From the NCBI GenBank assembly GCA_964478715.1, contig CAYZIY010000007.1, positions 20,220-84,219 of the forward strand: a stretch of DNA of 64,000 nucleotides. Direction: 5' to 3'. The notes beneath the pieces were generated by a model. The model had not been told where the DNA came from, did no database searches, and saw nothing but the letters and a program-made list of their open reading frames with translations. Every line of letters starts with the position of its first letter. Position 1 is the stretch's first letter. Below, piece after piece: positions 31,067 through 41,196 of the stretch. Origin of the DNA: an uncultured Planctomycetales bacterium (GTDB taxonomy: Bacteria; Omnitrophota; Gorgyraeia; Zapsychrales; JBDRMG01). A program made the position numbers and the translations under genes.

Positions 31067-32446
31067 ATGCGAATATTAATATTCATCCTAATAAGCCTAT
31101 TAGTATCAAGCCTCATTCCGGAATACGGCTTTGGGCAAGATTCTTATCCCTACACCATCAAACGTCAAGAAGGTATCTCTCCCACTTATATTTGGCGTGA
31201 AAGTGTTGATTCCCTCAGGCGAAGTGTCGGTCACGTGATCCAGGATTTCGATTTGATTGTCAAAGAGAACGATCTCCTCAAGGAAGAAATTGTGTACATC
31301 CAGAAAGAAATCGAAGACGCCAAAAAAGAAAACGAGAGGTTACGTAATGAGCCTCCTCGATTAAAAAGCCTTATCCGGGAATCGGGGAAAATTATTCAAA
31401 AACTGGAAAATGACAAGAAATTCTTCAATGAGAAAATCAAAACCCTTCAAGATGAAGAGGCTTATTTGACTAAAGAACTCGCCCGTCTCGAAGAAGAAAA
31501 AATAAAATGGAGCCAACAGAAGCAAGATGCGCAAGACAATCAACAAAGCGCCAAGGAAAAATTGGAGTATGCCCGGAATTTGCTTAAGATCGAGATTAGC
31601 GATATGAAGAAAGAGATTGACAATTTGCAATCCGCTATACCGGAAACCCGTCAAGAGATCGAGCAGATTGACCAAAACATTACGCAAAGCAAACAAAAAT
31701 TGGCGGATTTGCAGACAGAGATTCGGGAAATCCAGTCTGGCAATCGGGATATCGAAGGAGAAATCGCTCGAATAAACAGAGAGATGGATATCATCGAACG
31801 CGACATCAACAGGCAACAAACGAAGAATGAACGCTTAAAGTATTCCGAGAATCGATTAACCGATCGTCTCGAAAATGAGCGTCAGAATTGGCAGCAGCAG
31901 CTTGACAATCTTTCTGGAGATCTGCAAGCTGAGCGGGCCGAAATTCCTGAAATTCCAGCGGCTCTTGAGAGGGAAGAAGAAAAGATTAACGAAAGACGCA
32001 AAGACATTCAAGTGGAAATTAACTCCTATCAATCCAAGGTGGCTGATTTAACAGACGCTCTGCAAGACCTGAAGCGGGAAAAAAGCATGGCGGAAGCTCT
32101 TCTGGCCGAGAACCGCCGGGCCCGTCAAGAAACCATGGACCAGGGCGAGGATATTGATCTAACACCGTTTCTGGAATCCCACGAGTTTGATAATATTCAG
32201 GAAGCCATGGCCTATGCCTATGCCCATCAGGATCTTTACGAAAAAGCGATTGAAAAATACAAAGAGGCCTTAGAGGCAGGAGCGGATCCCAAGAATGTTT
32301 ATTTTAATCTCGGGTACATTTATTATCGCATGGGAAATCTGAAATACGCTTTGCATTATTATAAGAAATCTTATGCTCAAGACCGCAGCGACAAGGAAGC
32401 TCTTGCCAATATTGAACTGATCAAACAAGAGATGAGGAACCGCTGA
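31067..32446 (+). CDS. Exported long coiled-coil protein with C-terminal TPR repeats
   Basis: Signal peptide, ~300 aa E/K/Q/R-rich heptad region, C-terminal AIEKYKEAL...VYFNLGYIY...ALHYYKK. Confidence 0.75.
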   Translation: MRILIFILISLLVSSLIPEYGFGQDSYPYTIKRQEGISPTYIWRESVDSLRRSVGHVIQDFDLIVKENDLLKEEIVYIQKEIEDAKKENERLRNEPPRLKSLIRESGKIIQKLENDKKFFNEKIKTLQDEEAYLTKELARLEEEKIKWSQQKQDAQDNQQSAKEKLEYARNLLKIEISDMKKEIDNLQSAIPETRQEIEQIDQNITQSKQKLADLQTEIREIQSGNRDIEGEIARINREMDIIERDINRQQTKNERLKYSENRLTDRLENERQNWQQQLDNLSGDLQAERAEIPEIPAALEREEEKINERRKDIQVEINSYQSKVADLTDALQDLKREKSMAEALLAENRRARQETMDQGEDIDLTPFLESHEFDNIQEAMAYAYAHQDLYEKAIEKYKEALEAGADPKNVYFNLGYIYYRMGNLKYALHYYKKSYAQDRSDKEALANIELIKQEMRNR

Positions 32447-32582
32447 GGCGGCTCTTCGTTTTCCTGCCGAAGAGATGACTGGCCCGGGGAAAGGGCCGGA
32501 ATCAGGGAACCTATTGACGCGAAAGACCCACCTGGGTTACAATAACTTATTCTTGAAAAAGCAATCAATCAAGGGGGATAAT

Positions 32583-33068
32583 ATGGATGAGATACTCGAA
32601 GTTTTAACCCAAGATGCCCGTCGTACATCGGCGGAGATCGCCAGATTAACCGGAAAGACGGAGCAGGCGGTCAAAAAAGCGATCAAAAACTATGAAAAAA
32701 ACGGTACGATTGTGAAATATAAAACCGTGATCAACCGGGAGCTGGCGGAAGATGAGGGTGCTTTTGTCCAGGCGCTGATTGAGGTGAGCATTACCCCGCA
32801 AAAAAATGTCGGATTCGATTATATCGCCGAGAGGATTTACAGCTTTCCGGAAGTCAAGAGCTGCTATCTTCTTTCGGGAACCTATGATTTGCTCTTGATC
32901 GTGGAAGGCCAAAATATCCAGACGGTGGCGAATTTTGTTGCCTCCAAGCTTTCTCCCATGGAAAATGTGAGAGCGACGACCACACATTTTCTATTAAAAA
33001 AATATAAAGAAGACGGACATATTTTGAAAAAATCCAAACCGAAAGGAAGATTAAACATTTCCTATTAA
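32583..33068 (+). CDS. Lrp/AsnC family regulator (YugG-like)
   Basis: N-terminal HTH, IAERIYSFPEV...LLSGTYDL, TTTHFLLKKYK. Confidence 0.9.
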   Translation: MDEILEVLTQDARRTSAEIARLTGKTEQAVKKAIKNYEKNGTIVKYKTVINRELAEDEGAFVQALIEVSITPQKNVGFDYIAERIYSFPEVKSCYLLSGTYDLLLIVEGQNIQTVANFVASKLSPMENVRATTTHFLLKKYKEDGHILKKSKPKGRLNISY

Positions 33069-33094
33069 TCTACGATTATTAAGGATTTCTATTG

Positions 33095-34249
33095 ATGGTG
33101 ATATCAAAAAAAGTAAATCAAATCCCCCCGTCGGGCATTCGGGAATTCTTCGATCTGGTTTTAACAATGAAAAATGTCATTTCGTTGGGCGTCGGAGAGC
33201 CTGATTTCGTGACCCCCTGGCGAATCAGGGAAAAAGCCATTTATGCGATCGAAAAGGGATATACGTCTTACACATCCAACCAGGGATTGATTGAGCTAAG
33301 AACACAAATTGCCTCTTTTCTGCGTCATCGCTACGGAATATCTTACAATCCTCAAAACGAAATTTTAATTACGGTTGGAGTGAGCGAAGGCATGGATTTG
33401 GTTGTGCGCTCTCTTGTTGATCCCGGCGATAAAGTGATGATCCCTCAGCCGTGCTATGTTTCCTATGCGCCCGAAGTGGAACTGGCCGGCGGAAAGCCTG
33501 TTACCATTGAGACCAGTGCCGATAACGGCTTTAAATGTACGCCTGAACTTGTTAAAAAAAGCTATCGAGAAGGCGTTAAGGCTCTTATCCTGAACTATCC
33601 GGCCAATCCAACGGGAACGTCTTATTCTAAGAAAGAACTTAGCGACCTGTGCAGGATTTTTAAAAAACTTAATCTTTTTGTGATTAGCGATGAAATTTAT
33701 GATGAATTGACTTATGATTTTCAGCACATTCCGCTGGCCGTATTTCCGGGGATGAAAGAGAGAGTGATTACTCTCAATGGTTTTTCCAAAGGATACGCGA
33801 TGACAGGTTTTCGAATCGGGTGGGCTTGCGGGAACCGCCAAATTATTTCGGCGATGACAAAAATCCATCAATATACCATGATGTGCGTTCCTATCATAAG
33901 CCAAATGGCCGGCATCGAGGCCCTCAAGCATGGACAGCGCGATGTCGCTGACATGAAAAGGGAATATATGCGACGCCGGCGGTTCATTGTCGCTGCCTTA
34001 AATGACATCGGCCTGGATTGCCATATGCCGCAGGGGGCTTTCTATGCCTTTCCGTCTATTAAAAGGACAAAAATGAAATCTTTGGATTTTGCCAAAGATC
34101 TTCTAAAAGAACAAAAAGTCGCCCTCGTGCCTGGCGTGGCCTTTGGGCCTTCAGCTGAAGGATATGTCAGGATTTCTTACGCTTCCAGTTATGAAAATCT
34201 CAAAGAAGCTGTTTCAAGAATTGACCGCTATCTTCAAAGAAAAAAATAG
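33095..34249 (+). CDS. Class I/II PLP aminotransferase (YugH-like)
   Basis: PSGIREFF, LGVGEPDF, NPTG, SDEIY, FSKGYAMTGFRIG. Confidence 0.92.
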   Translation: MVISKKVNQIPPSGIREFFDLVLTMKNVISLGVGEPDFVTPWRIREKAIYAIEKGYTSYTSNQGLIELRTQIASFLRHRYGISYNPQNEILITVGVSEGMDLVVRSLVDPGDKVMIPQPCYVSYAPEVELAGGKPVTIETSADNGFKCTPELVKKSYREGVKALILNYPANPTGTSYSKKELSDLCRIFKKLNLFVISDEIYDELTYDFQHIPLAVFPGMKERVITLNGFSKGYAMTGFRIGWACGNRQIISAMTKIHQYTMMCVPIISQMAGIEALKHGQRDVADMKREYMRRRRFIVAALNDIGLDCHMPQGAFYAFPSIKRTKMKSLDFAKDLLKEQKVALVPGVAFGPSAEGYVRISYASSYENLKEAVSRIDRYLQRKK

Positions 34250-34263
34250 GGTGGCATCATCTC

Positions 34264-34656
34264 ATGAGGAATCCGCATAAAAAAACAGAAGATCTCGACT
34301 TTGAAATTTCTTTTTATGAAGGAATTATAAGAAATTCTCCCGGCTTTGTTCAGGCCTTGGCCGCCTTGGGGGATCTCTATACTAAGGCTGGACGCTATCA
34401 ACAGGGATTGGCTATTGATCAACGGTTGATTCTTCTTTGTCCCGACGATCCGATTGTGCACTATAATCTGGCCTGCAGCTATTCACTCTGCGGGAATTTG
34501 CCTCAAGCCTTGGAGGCCTTAAAGAGGGCTGTCGAATTTGGCTATGATGATTTTAAATATATGATGAAAGATGAAGACTTGAAGTCTTTAATGGAAGATT
34601 CTCAATTCAAGGACTTCATTCAGAAAATGGCCACGCAGAAAAACATGCAATTATGA
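34264..34656 (+). CDS. TPR protein
   Basis: ALGDLYT, YNLACSYSL, GYDDF...DEDL. Confidence 0.8.
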   Translation: MRNPHKKTEDLDFEISFYEGIIRNSPGFVQALAALGDLYTKAGRYQQGLAIDQRLILLCPDDPIVHYNLACSYSLCGNLPQALEALKRAVEFGYDDFKYMMKDEDLKSLMEDSQFKDFIQKMATQKNMQL

Positions 34657-35786
34657 CACAAGCCAATCAGCATCCCGAAGCCAAACAGTATCATGCGATC
34701 AAAAACCGTCTGTTTTTTGTTCATTTAGGCCTTAATGTCTTATTTCTTGTTCTATTTTTCTTAAGCGGTTTTAGTGAACAAATTCGCTCAATGGCTTTTG
34801 GTTTGAGCAACAATTATTATTTGGGTAATGCGATTTATTTGATGGGTTTCTTTGCCATCCTTTTACTCATCAATCTTCCTTTAGATATCTATGAGGGATT
34901 TTTTCTGGAACATCGCTACCAGCTTTCTAACCAGGCTTTTTTATCCTGGTCAATCGATGAAATGAAAAAGGCCCTTTTAAGCGGCCTGATTATGTTGATT
35001 GCCATTGAAGTTGTATATTTCTTCCTACGAGCTTTTCCCAATCAGTGGTGGCTGTTAGCGACTTTTTTCTGGCTTTTCTTTAGCTTGATTCTGGCCCGTT
35101 TGGTGCCCACTGTTATTCTTCCTCTGTTTTACAAATATAAAGATTTCGACAATGCGCAAATTAAGGGGCGCATTATCAGTCTTTTTCAGAAAGTCGGTCT
35201 GAAGCTGAAAGATATCTATCTTATCGATTTCTCATCCAAGACAAAGAAGGTTAATGCCATGGTCTGCGGCCTGGGGCGCAATCGGCGGGTTATTTTAACC
35301 GATAATCTTTTAAATCTCTTCAGCGACGGAGAGATTGAGAGCATTGTGGCTCATGAAATGGGTCATTATGTTCACAAGGATATCATCAAATTAACAGCTT
35401 TTAATACATTGTTGACCTTTGGCAGTTTTTATCTGATGAATTTGGTTTTAAAACATACATTGAAATTTACACATATCAGTTCTGTCGATGATATTGCCTT
35501 TTTGCCTGTCATGGCCCTGGTTTTTCTTCTGTTTAGTTTTCTGATGATGCCGCTAGCCAATGCTTTCAGCCGTTTTCTGGAAGAGCAGGCCGATCGGTAT
35601 TCTCTTTTCTTGACGCAGAATGCGAAAGATTTCATGGCGGCCTTTGAGAAGCTGGGAGAGATGAATTTATCTGAATTCCAGCCCTCGGCCTTGGTAGAAA
35701 TGCTGTTTTATGACCACCCCCCGCTATCTAAGCGAATCCAAATGTGCCGGAAATTTCAGAATCAAGCATTGCATCCGAATTTATGA
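34653..35786 (+). CDS. M48 (Ste24/CaaX-like) membrane zinc metalloprotease
   Basis: NAMVCGLG, HEMGH (HExxH), EEQADRY, HPPL..RI, multiple TM helices. Confidence 0.92.
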   Translation: MTQANQHPEAKQYHAIKNRLFFVHLGLNVLFLVLFFLSGFSEQIRSMAFGLSNNYYLGNAIYLMGFFAILLLINLPLDIYEGFFLEHRYQLSNQAFLSWSIDEMKKALLSGLIMLIAIEVVYFFLRAFPNQWWLLATFFWLFFSLILARLVPTVILPLFYKYKDFDNAQIKGRIISLFQKVGLKLKDIYLIDFSSKTKKVNAMVCGLGRNRRVILTDNLLNLFSDGEIESIVAHEMGHYVHKDIIKLTAFNTLLTFGSFYLMNLVLKHTLKFTHISSVDDIAFLPVMALVFLLFSFLMMPLANAFSRFLEEQADRYSLFLTQNAKDFMAAFEKLGEMNLSEFQPSALVEMLFYDHPPLSKRIQMCRKFQNQALHPNL

Positions 35787-37786
35787 ATCGCTTAAAGCAA
35801 AAAGTTGAGAATGAAAAAAGACGCTATCTGCGGCTTGCGCATGTTTATCCTGTGGAATTTGCTTTTTGCAATTTGCAGGGCCAACTCATTTCTTCCTGGC
35901 AGCAGGGTTTTACCTGCAATATCAGTCAGGGCGGTATTTGTCTTAATGCGCAGGCCAGTTCTCTGGTAGTCGATCATCTAAAGGAAGAAAAAGAGCGTTA
36001 TCTTCGGCTCAAGATCAGTATTCCGCTTTTCTCTCCGCCGGTTGAGGCATTTTCTAAGGTTGCCTGGATGGCTCAGCAGACTGAATCTTATCCGAGAGGA
36101 TTTCTTATCGGTCTGCAGTTTTTGGAGATCCAGAAATCGCAAGCTAGACGGATGCTTAGATATGCGCGGATTATTAAACGCACGCCTCTGGTGATGGCCG
36201 CATTTATCTGTATTTTGTTTACTTTTCTAGCCGGGCATACCTACATGAATTATCGTCTGCGGATAAGTAATGAAGAACTGGTTCAGCAGTTTGTGTTCTT
36301 GCAAAGCGACCAGACGAAAAACCAGAACCGCCTGAAGACCATTCAAGGTGAGAAAACACTTCTGGCAGAAACCATCAATGATTATAATGCTGATATTCGC
36401 GATCTCAAGCGGGGGCTTGATCGCGCTCTTGGCGAAATTAATAGAAAGACACAGAACCAGAAAGTATTGCGCGATCAAGCCAATCAGCTGACACGAACTA
36501 TCGCCGAGCTTCAAACCAGGATTCAGCTTTTGGAGAGTGAAAAGGCCCCTTTAGCCAATCAGCTTGAGATTCTTGTGAAAAACGAAGAAATGATCCAGGA
36601 CCGATTAAGACTCATGGAAAGAAATAAGCGGGACTTAGAGAATGAAATTGTTGCCCAGATGATTCAGTGGCTTAAAAATCATCAAAATCAGTCGACTGGA
36701 CTGATTTCGAGTTTCGAGGGGCCGGTCGGTATCATCAAGCATTGGGCTTTTATTTACGATCAGGCCCTGGCCGCGAATGTCTTTCTTATTGATAATGATC
36801 TTAAGGCTTGCAAAAAGATTCTCAATTTCTTTGCCCGGAAAATGCAAAACGATTTTAATGGTTTTCATAATGCCTATTACAGCGATACTGAAGATATTGC
36901 CGAATTTACGATTCACAGCGGTCCCAATATTTGGGCTGGCATGGCTATTGCCCAGTATGCGGATCAAACAGGAGATCGCCAGTATTTGCCTTTGGCGCAA
37001 AAGATTGCCGATTGGCTTATTGCTTTACAGGAACAGGATAAAGACGGAGGTTTACGCGGAGGACCGGACGTTTTCTGGTATGCAACTGAGCATAATCTAG
37101 ATGCCTATGCTTTTCTTGACATGATGGCGAAGCTGACCGGTGAGGAAAAATATTATTTGGCCCAGAAAAAGATTTTGAGCTGGCTTGAAAAACATGCCAT
37201 GGTGGCTCATGAAAACGATCACCGCAAGCCGCCGGTAAAAAGAGGCCGCGGAGACGCCACAATCGCCACCGACACATTTGCCTGGTCCCTGGCTGCGATC
37301 GGCCCTCCCGTCTTGAGACAATTACAGATGGATCCTGAGGCGATCATGGCATTTGCCGAAAAACACTGCAAAGTCCAAACAAGATTTCGCCGACCCAGCG
37401 GAGTAGTTATTGATGTAGAAGGTTTTGATTTTTCCAAACCGGCTCATGTGGCTCGCGGTGGCATTCTTTCTCCGGAATGGACTTCTCAGATGATTGTCTC
37501 GTTTCAAATTTTGGCCGATGATTTCCAAAAGGAAAATGATTTAACCAAGACTGTTTTTTACCGTCAAAAAGCCGTCCACTATCTCAATGAACTCAATAAA
37601 CTGATTATATCGAGTCCTTCTCCGCGCGGGTTGGGTGAAGGATGTCTTCCTTATGCGACTGTCCCGCAGGCTGATACAGGTCACGGCTGGCGCACGCCCA
37701 AAGGGACAGATACCGGATCGATCGCTGGTACGGCCTATATGATTATGGCTATTTATGGCTACAATCCGTTGGAGCTGGGAGGCTAA
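35783..37786 (+). CDS. PilZ + TM + coiled coil + (alpha/alpha)6 glycosidase-like domain protein
   Basis: RRYLR and NISQGG PilZ motifs, one TM helix, ~130 aa coiled coil, then FIYDQALA, SGPNIW, TEHNLDAY, EWTSQM, SIAGTAY. Confidence 0.7.
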   Translation: MNRLKQKVENEKRRYLRLAHVYPVEFAFCNLQGQLISSWQQGFTCNISQGGICLNAQASSLVVDHLKEEKERYLRLKISIPLFSPPVEAFSKVAWMAQQTESYPRGFLIGLQFLEIQKSQARRMLRYARIIKRTPLVMAAFICILFTFLAGHTYMNYRLRISNEELVQQFVFLQSDQTKNQNRLKTIQGEKTLLAETINDYNADIRDLKRGLDRALGEINRKTQNQKVLRDQANQLTRTIAELQTRIQLLESEKAPLANQLEILVKNEEMIQDRLRLMERNKRDLENEIVAQMIQWLKNHQNQSTGLISSFEGPVGIIKHWAFIYDQALAANVFLIDNDLKACKKILNFFARKMQNDFNGFHNAYYSDTEDIAEFTIHSGPNIWAGMAIAQYADQTGDRQYLPLAQKIADWLIALQEQDKDGGLRGGPDVFWYATEHNLDAYAFLDMMAKLTGEEKYYLAQKKILSWLEKHAMVAHENDHRKPPVKRGRGDATIATDTFAWSLAAIGPPVLRQLQMDPEAIMAFAEKHCKVQTRFRRPSGVVIDVEGFDFSKPAHVARGGILSPEWTSQMIVSFQILADDFQKENDLTKTVFYRQKAVHYLNELNKLIISSPSPRGLGEGCLPYATVPQADTGHGWRTPKGTDTGSIAGTAYMIMAIYGYNPLELGG

Positions 37787-40606
37787 ATGCGAAAGAAGGA
37801 AATAACAGAAAATTTAACTATGTGTTTGTTTGCGATTTTTTTTCTGTCTAGCGCAAAACCTCTCATGGCCTTTGAGCATCCTGCTTATACAATCAAGGCC
37901 CAACTGGATGTCTCAAGCAAACAGCTTGAGGTTCAACAAAAGGTTCGTTTCAGTAATCAATCGGCTAGAGCAGTCGAAGCCATCTATTTCCATGTTTATC
38001 CCAACCGAATTTTCTCAAAGGCCGAAAAAGTTTTCATGCAGCAGTATGCCAGTTATTTCAAAGTTGATCCCTTTCCGGATGGTTTTCAGCAGGGAAAGGT
38101 GGTATTCGGTTCGATTTTCGCAGAAAACCGGAATCTAAACTTTTCTTACGAAGGCGAAGATCAAACGCTTCTGAAAGTCGAATTGGACCAAGTTCTGGCA
38201 CCCGGTTCATCCGTAGAGGTCAATATGGAATATCAGCTAAGAATTCCCCATTCCTACGGTCGTTTTGGCTGGCATAATGATATTATTGCTCTCTCGCGAT
38301 TTTATCCGATTTTAGCTGTTTTATCCGATGAGGGATGGAATAAAAATCCATTCTATCCCTTTCACCGGCCCTTTTATTCTGAAGCCGCTTATTATCAGGT
38401 GCAACTGACTATGCCGTCCTCATGGGAAGCGATTCATAGCGGGGTTCTCAAAAAAGAAAAACAAAACGGCGCCAATAAACAGCTCGTGATTGAATCGGAC
38501 CATCCTATTCGCGAATTTACTGTTGCGCTAAGCCCTGATTACCGTTTAATCGAAAAAAAAATTGAGGGTGTTACGGTGAAGTCGTTTTACCTTCCAGGTG
38601 ATCGAGACCGTGCCAGTGAGGCCCTTTCCCATGCCGCGGATCTTATGAAATTTTATGCGGATCTTTTCAAACCTTATCCTTATGCGCAATTTAGCATCGC
38701 GCCGGTTTATCTGGGTTATGGTGGAGAACAGATGTCCAATATGATCTTGATCGATACCCGGGTTTATCAACTCCCCAGAATTCTCGATCGCCATTTCGAA
38801 TTTTTGATTGCGCACGAAACCGGTCATCAATGGTTTTATAATCTGGTGGGGATTGACGAGTTTCATCACATGTGGCTGGAAGAAGGGGTCAATTCCTATT
38901 TTATTTTGCAATATCTCGAAGATAAATACGGAGACAATGCGAAAGTCATCGAATGGCCCAGGCCGCTTGAGTGGTTTCTGCCCAGTTTTTCTTTCCGGCG
39001 CGCTCGCGATTTCCGATATAAAATGATTGCCCGCACGAAGATGAATTATTCGCTCTCCGGAAAACTATCGAGCTTCAAAGAGCCCAGCAGTATTTTTTCG
39101 ATTGCTTATGGAAAAGGATCGGCGGTTGTGGCTATGCTCAAAAGCGTTGCGGGCAGAGAGGCTTTTAGGAAAATTTTCCAGAGAATTTTTAAGCAATATT
39201 CCTATAGGAATCTTAGCTTGAGAGAATTTCAAGATATCTGCCATCATGAAAGCCAAATAGATTTGGAATATTTCTTTGATCAATGGTTGACGACTACCCA
39301 TAACTGTGATTATGCGGTCAATGGCATCAAAGACGCGAAGGTATTGATTGAAAACAGAGCCTCAATCGAAATGCCGCTTGATGTAAGAATCGATTATCAG
39401 GACGGGAATTCAAAGACAATCCAAACCGGCTTTGATGATCAGGTCAAAAATGTATTTGTCAATCCGCGAAAAAAAATTAAGAGAATTATTCTGGATCCGC
39501 AAAAAGAAATCTTGGATATTGACCGTACCAATAATATTTGGCCGCGACGTATTCACATCAAGGTGGTGCCTTTGTATTTGCCTGTTCACGATTTAGCCAT
39601 CACGCTTCCCGAAGATTCTTATAATGTGGTGATCGGTCCTGAGACAAGCGGCGGCGGCTTAGGCTTAAAGGCCTCTTTGCAGAAACCCATGGACTGGATG
39701 AGTTATGCGGCGACAACGTATGAATTCCGTGAGAGCATCCAGCACACTCGAGGGGGCTTTGTGCTCAAGAATGTCGCCCATCAGATGAATTCTCTAGGAT
39801 TTGAACTATTCAATAAATCCGATTATGACGGCGGTGATCAGGATTTGGTCGGCGGGAAGGTTTTTTTCAGAAGAGAATTAAAACTGGCTGCCTATAGCCT
39901 GAGTGATCTCAATGATCATGTGAGCCTTTATTTTCTGCGCAATCAGAGCCTCAATCGCGGGGCCTTAAGCGCGCAGGAAGATGAGCGCAATATTTCTTAT
40001 TTGAAAAAGAATGAAGCGATTTGGGGTACGGCGCTTCATCTGGCTTCCTGTGGGCCTCATCCGGATCCGCGTCAGGGCTATCGGGCCGATCTTATTTTAG
40101 AGAACTCAAACCATATTCTGGGAGGCACACAGTTCTTTTACAGAGGATCGGCAGATTTCAGTTATTACTATCCGTTGGCATTTAAATCCAAGCTGGCTTT
40201 TCGTCTGAAATACGGCTGGGGGTTTCCCGACGATAAAAATCTCTATGAACTCGGAGGATGGGACGGGTTAAGAGGATATGACCGTAAGACTTTGCGCGGC
40301 TCGCATGTGGCCCTGGGCGCTTTAGAGCTTCGTTTTCCGCTTCTTCAGAATATCAATGTATCTTTTGCGGATAATATTTTGCGGCTGGATGAAATCTCGG
40401 GCGTTGTTTTTGCCGAGACCGGCCAGAATTGGTTTGATGATATGGATGAAACAACTTTAAGAAAAGATGCCGGCGGGGGACTGCGTTTTATTTTCAGTGT
40501 CGGTTCATTTCTTGAAAAAGTGATGGTTCGAGTGGATGTGGCCCAGGCGATTAATGACAGCAGCGAAGAGACAAAAGTGTGGGCTGGCGTGAATCATGCT
40601 TTCTAA
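37787..40606 (+). CDS. M1-family metallopeptidase fused to an Omp85/BamA-like beta-barrel
   Basis: Signal peptide, HETGHQWF-x-WLEEG (HExxHx18E), AYGKGS; C-terminal LGGWDGLRGY, ELRFP, terminal Phe. Confidence 0.8.
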   Translation: MRKKEITENLTMCLFAIFFLSSAKPLMAFEHPAYTIKAQLDVSSKQLEVQQKVRFSNQSARAVEAIYFHVYPNRIFSKAEKVFMQQYASYFKVDPFPDGFQQGKVVFGSIFAENRNLNFSYEGEDQTLLKVELDQVLAPGSSVEVNMEYQLRIPHSYGRFGWHNDIIALSRFYPILAVLSDEGWNKNPFYPFHRPFYSEAAYYQVQLTMPSSWEAIHSGVLKKEKQNGANKQLVIESDHPIREFTVALSPDYRLIEKKIEGVTVKSFYLPGDRDRASEALSHAADLMKFYADLFKPYPYAQFSIAPVYLGYGGEQMSNMILIDTRVYQLPRILDRHFEFLIAHETGHQWFYNLVGIDEFHHMWLEEGVNSYFILQYLEDKYGDNAKVIEWPRPLEWFLPSFSFRRARDFRYKMIARTKMNYSLSGKLSSFKEPSSIFSIAYGKGSAVVAMLKSVAGREAFRKIFQRIFKQYSYRNLSLREFQDICHHESQIDLEYFFDQWLTTTHNCDYAVNGIKDAKVLIENRASIEMPLDVRIDYQDGNSKTIQTGFDDQVKNVFVNPRKKIKRIILDPQKEILDIDRTNNIWPRRIHIKVVPLYLPVHDLAITLPEDSYNVVIGPETSGGGLGLKASLQKPMDWMSYAATTYEFRESIQHTRGGFVLKNVAHQMNSLGFELFNKSDYDGGDQDLVGGKVFFRRELKLAAYSLSDLNDHVSLYFLRNQSLNRGALSAQEDERNISYLKKNEAIWGTALHLASCGPHPDPRQGYRADLILENSNHILGGTQFFYRGSADFSYYYPLAFKSKLAFRLKYGWGFPDDKNLYELGGWDGLRGYDRKTLRGSHVALGALELRFPLLQNINVSFADNILRLDEISGVVFAETGQNWFDDMDETTLRKDAGGGLRFIFSVGSFLEKVMVRVDVAQAINDSSEETKVWAGVNHAF

Positions 40607-40720
40607 ATGAGGACACAGCTTGCGGATTTCTTGTGCAGATTACTTGTGATCTTTCGCTTCCTGAATGCCAGCAGGCGCTCGCTTTATAAGTAACGAGCTG
40701 ATCGAAGGGAGAATGGAATT

Positions 40721-41137
40721 ATGAAGTCATATCGCGAAGAACTCTGGTTTAATACAAAGTCTCGTCGAGACTATATCAATATAACCGATACAGTGCAAGG
40801 CATTGTGACCAAAAGCGGCATCCAGGAAGGCTTGGTTTTGGTCAATGCCATGCATATCACGGCCAGTGTTTATATTAATGATGATGAAAGCGGATTGATC
40901 CAGGATTTTGACGACTGGCTGGAAGGATTGGCTCCGCATGAACCGGTGACGCACTATCGTCATAATGTCGGTGAGGATAACGGCGATGCCCACTGCAAAC
41001 GCCAGATCATGGGCCGTGAAGTAGTGGTAGCTGTTACCAAAGGCAAGCTGGATTTCGGCCCTTGGGAACAGATTTTTTACGGGGAGTTCGACGGCAGAAG
41101 ACGTAAAAGAGTCCTTGTGAAAGTCATCGGAGAATAA
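40721..41137 (+). CDS. YjbQ / UPF0047 family protein (second paralog)
   Basis: [34 protein letters not shown]. Confidence 0.92.
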   Translation: MKSYREELWFNTKSRRDYINITDTVQGIVTKSGIQEGLVLVNAMHITASVYINDDESGLIQDFDDWLEGLAPHEPVTHYRHNVGEDNGDAHCKRQIMGREVVVAVTKGKLDFGPWEQIFYGEFDGRRRKRVLVKVIGE

Positions 41138-41196
41138 GGACAGGGAATTTTTTATTTGCATGAATGAAAGACGATAGATAAAATGGGAGTATATTT

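Noticed and set aside
26164-41137. Two YjbQ genes as a recent duplication
   Set aside because: They are highly divergent and look like different subfamilies; multiple YjbQ paralogs are common.
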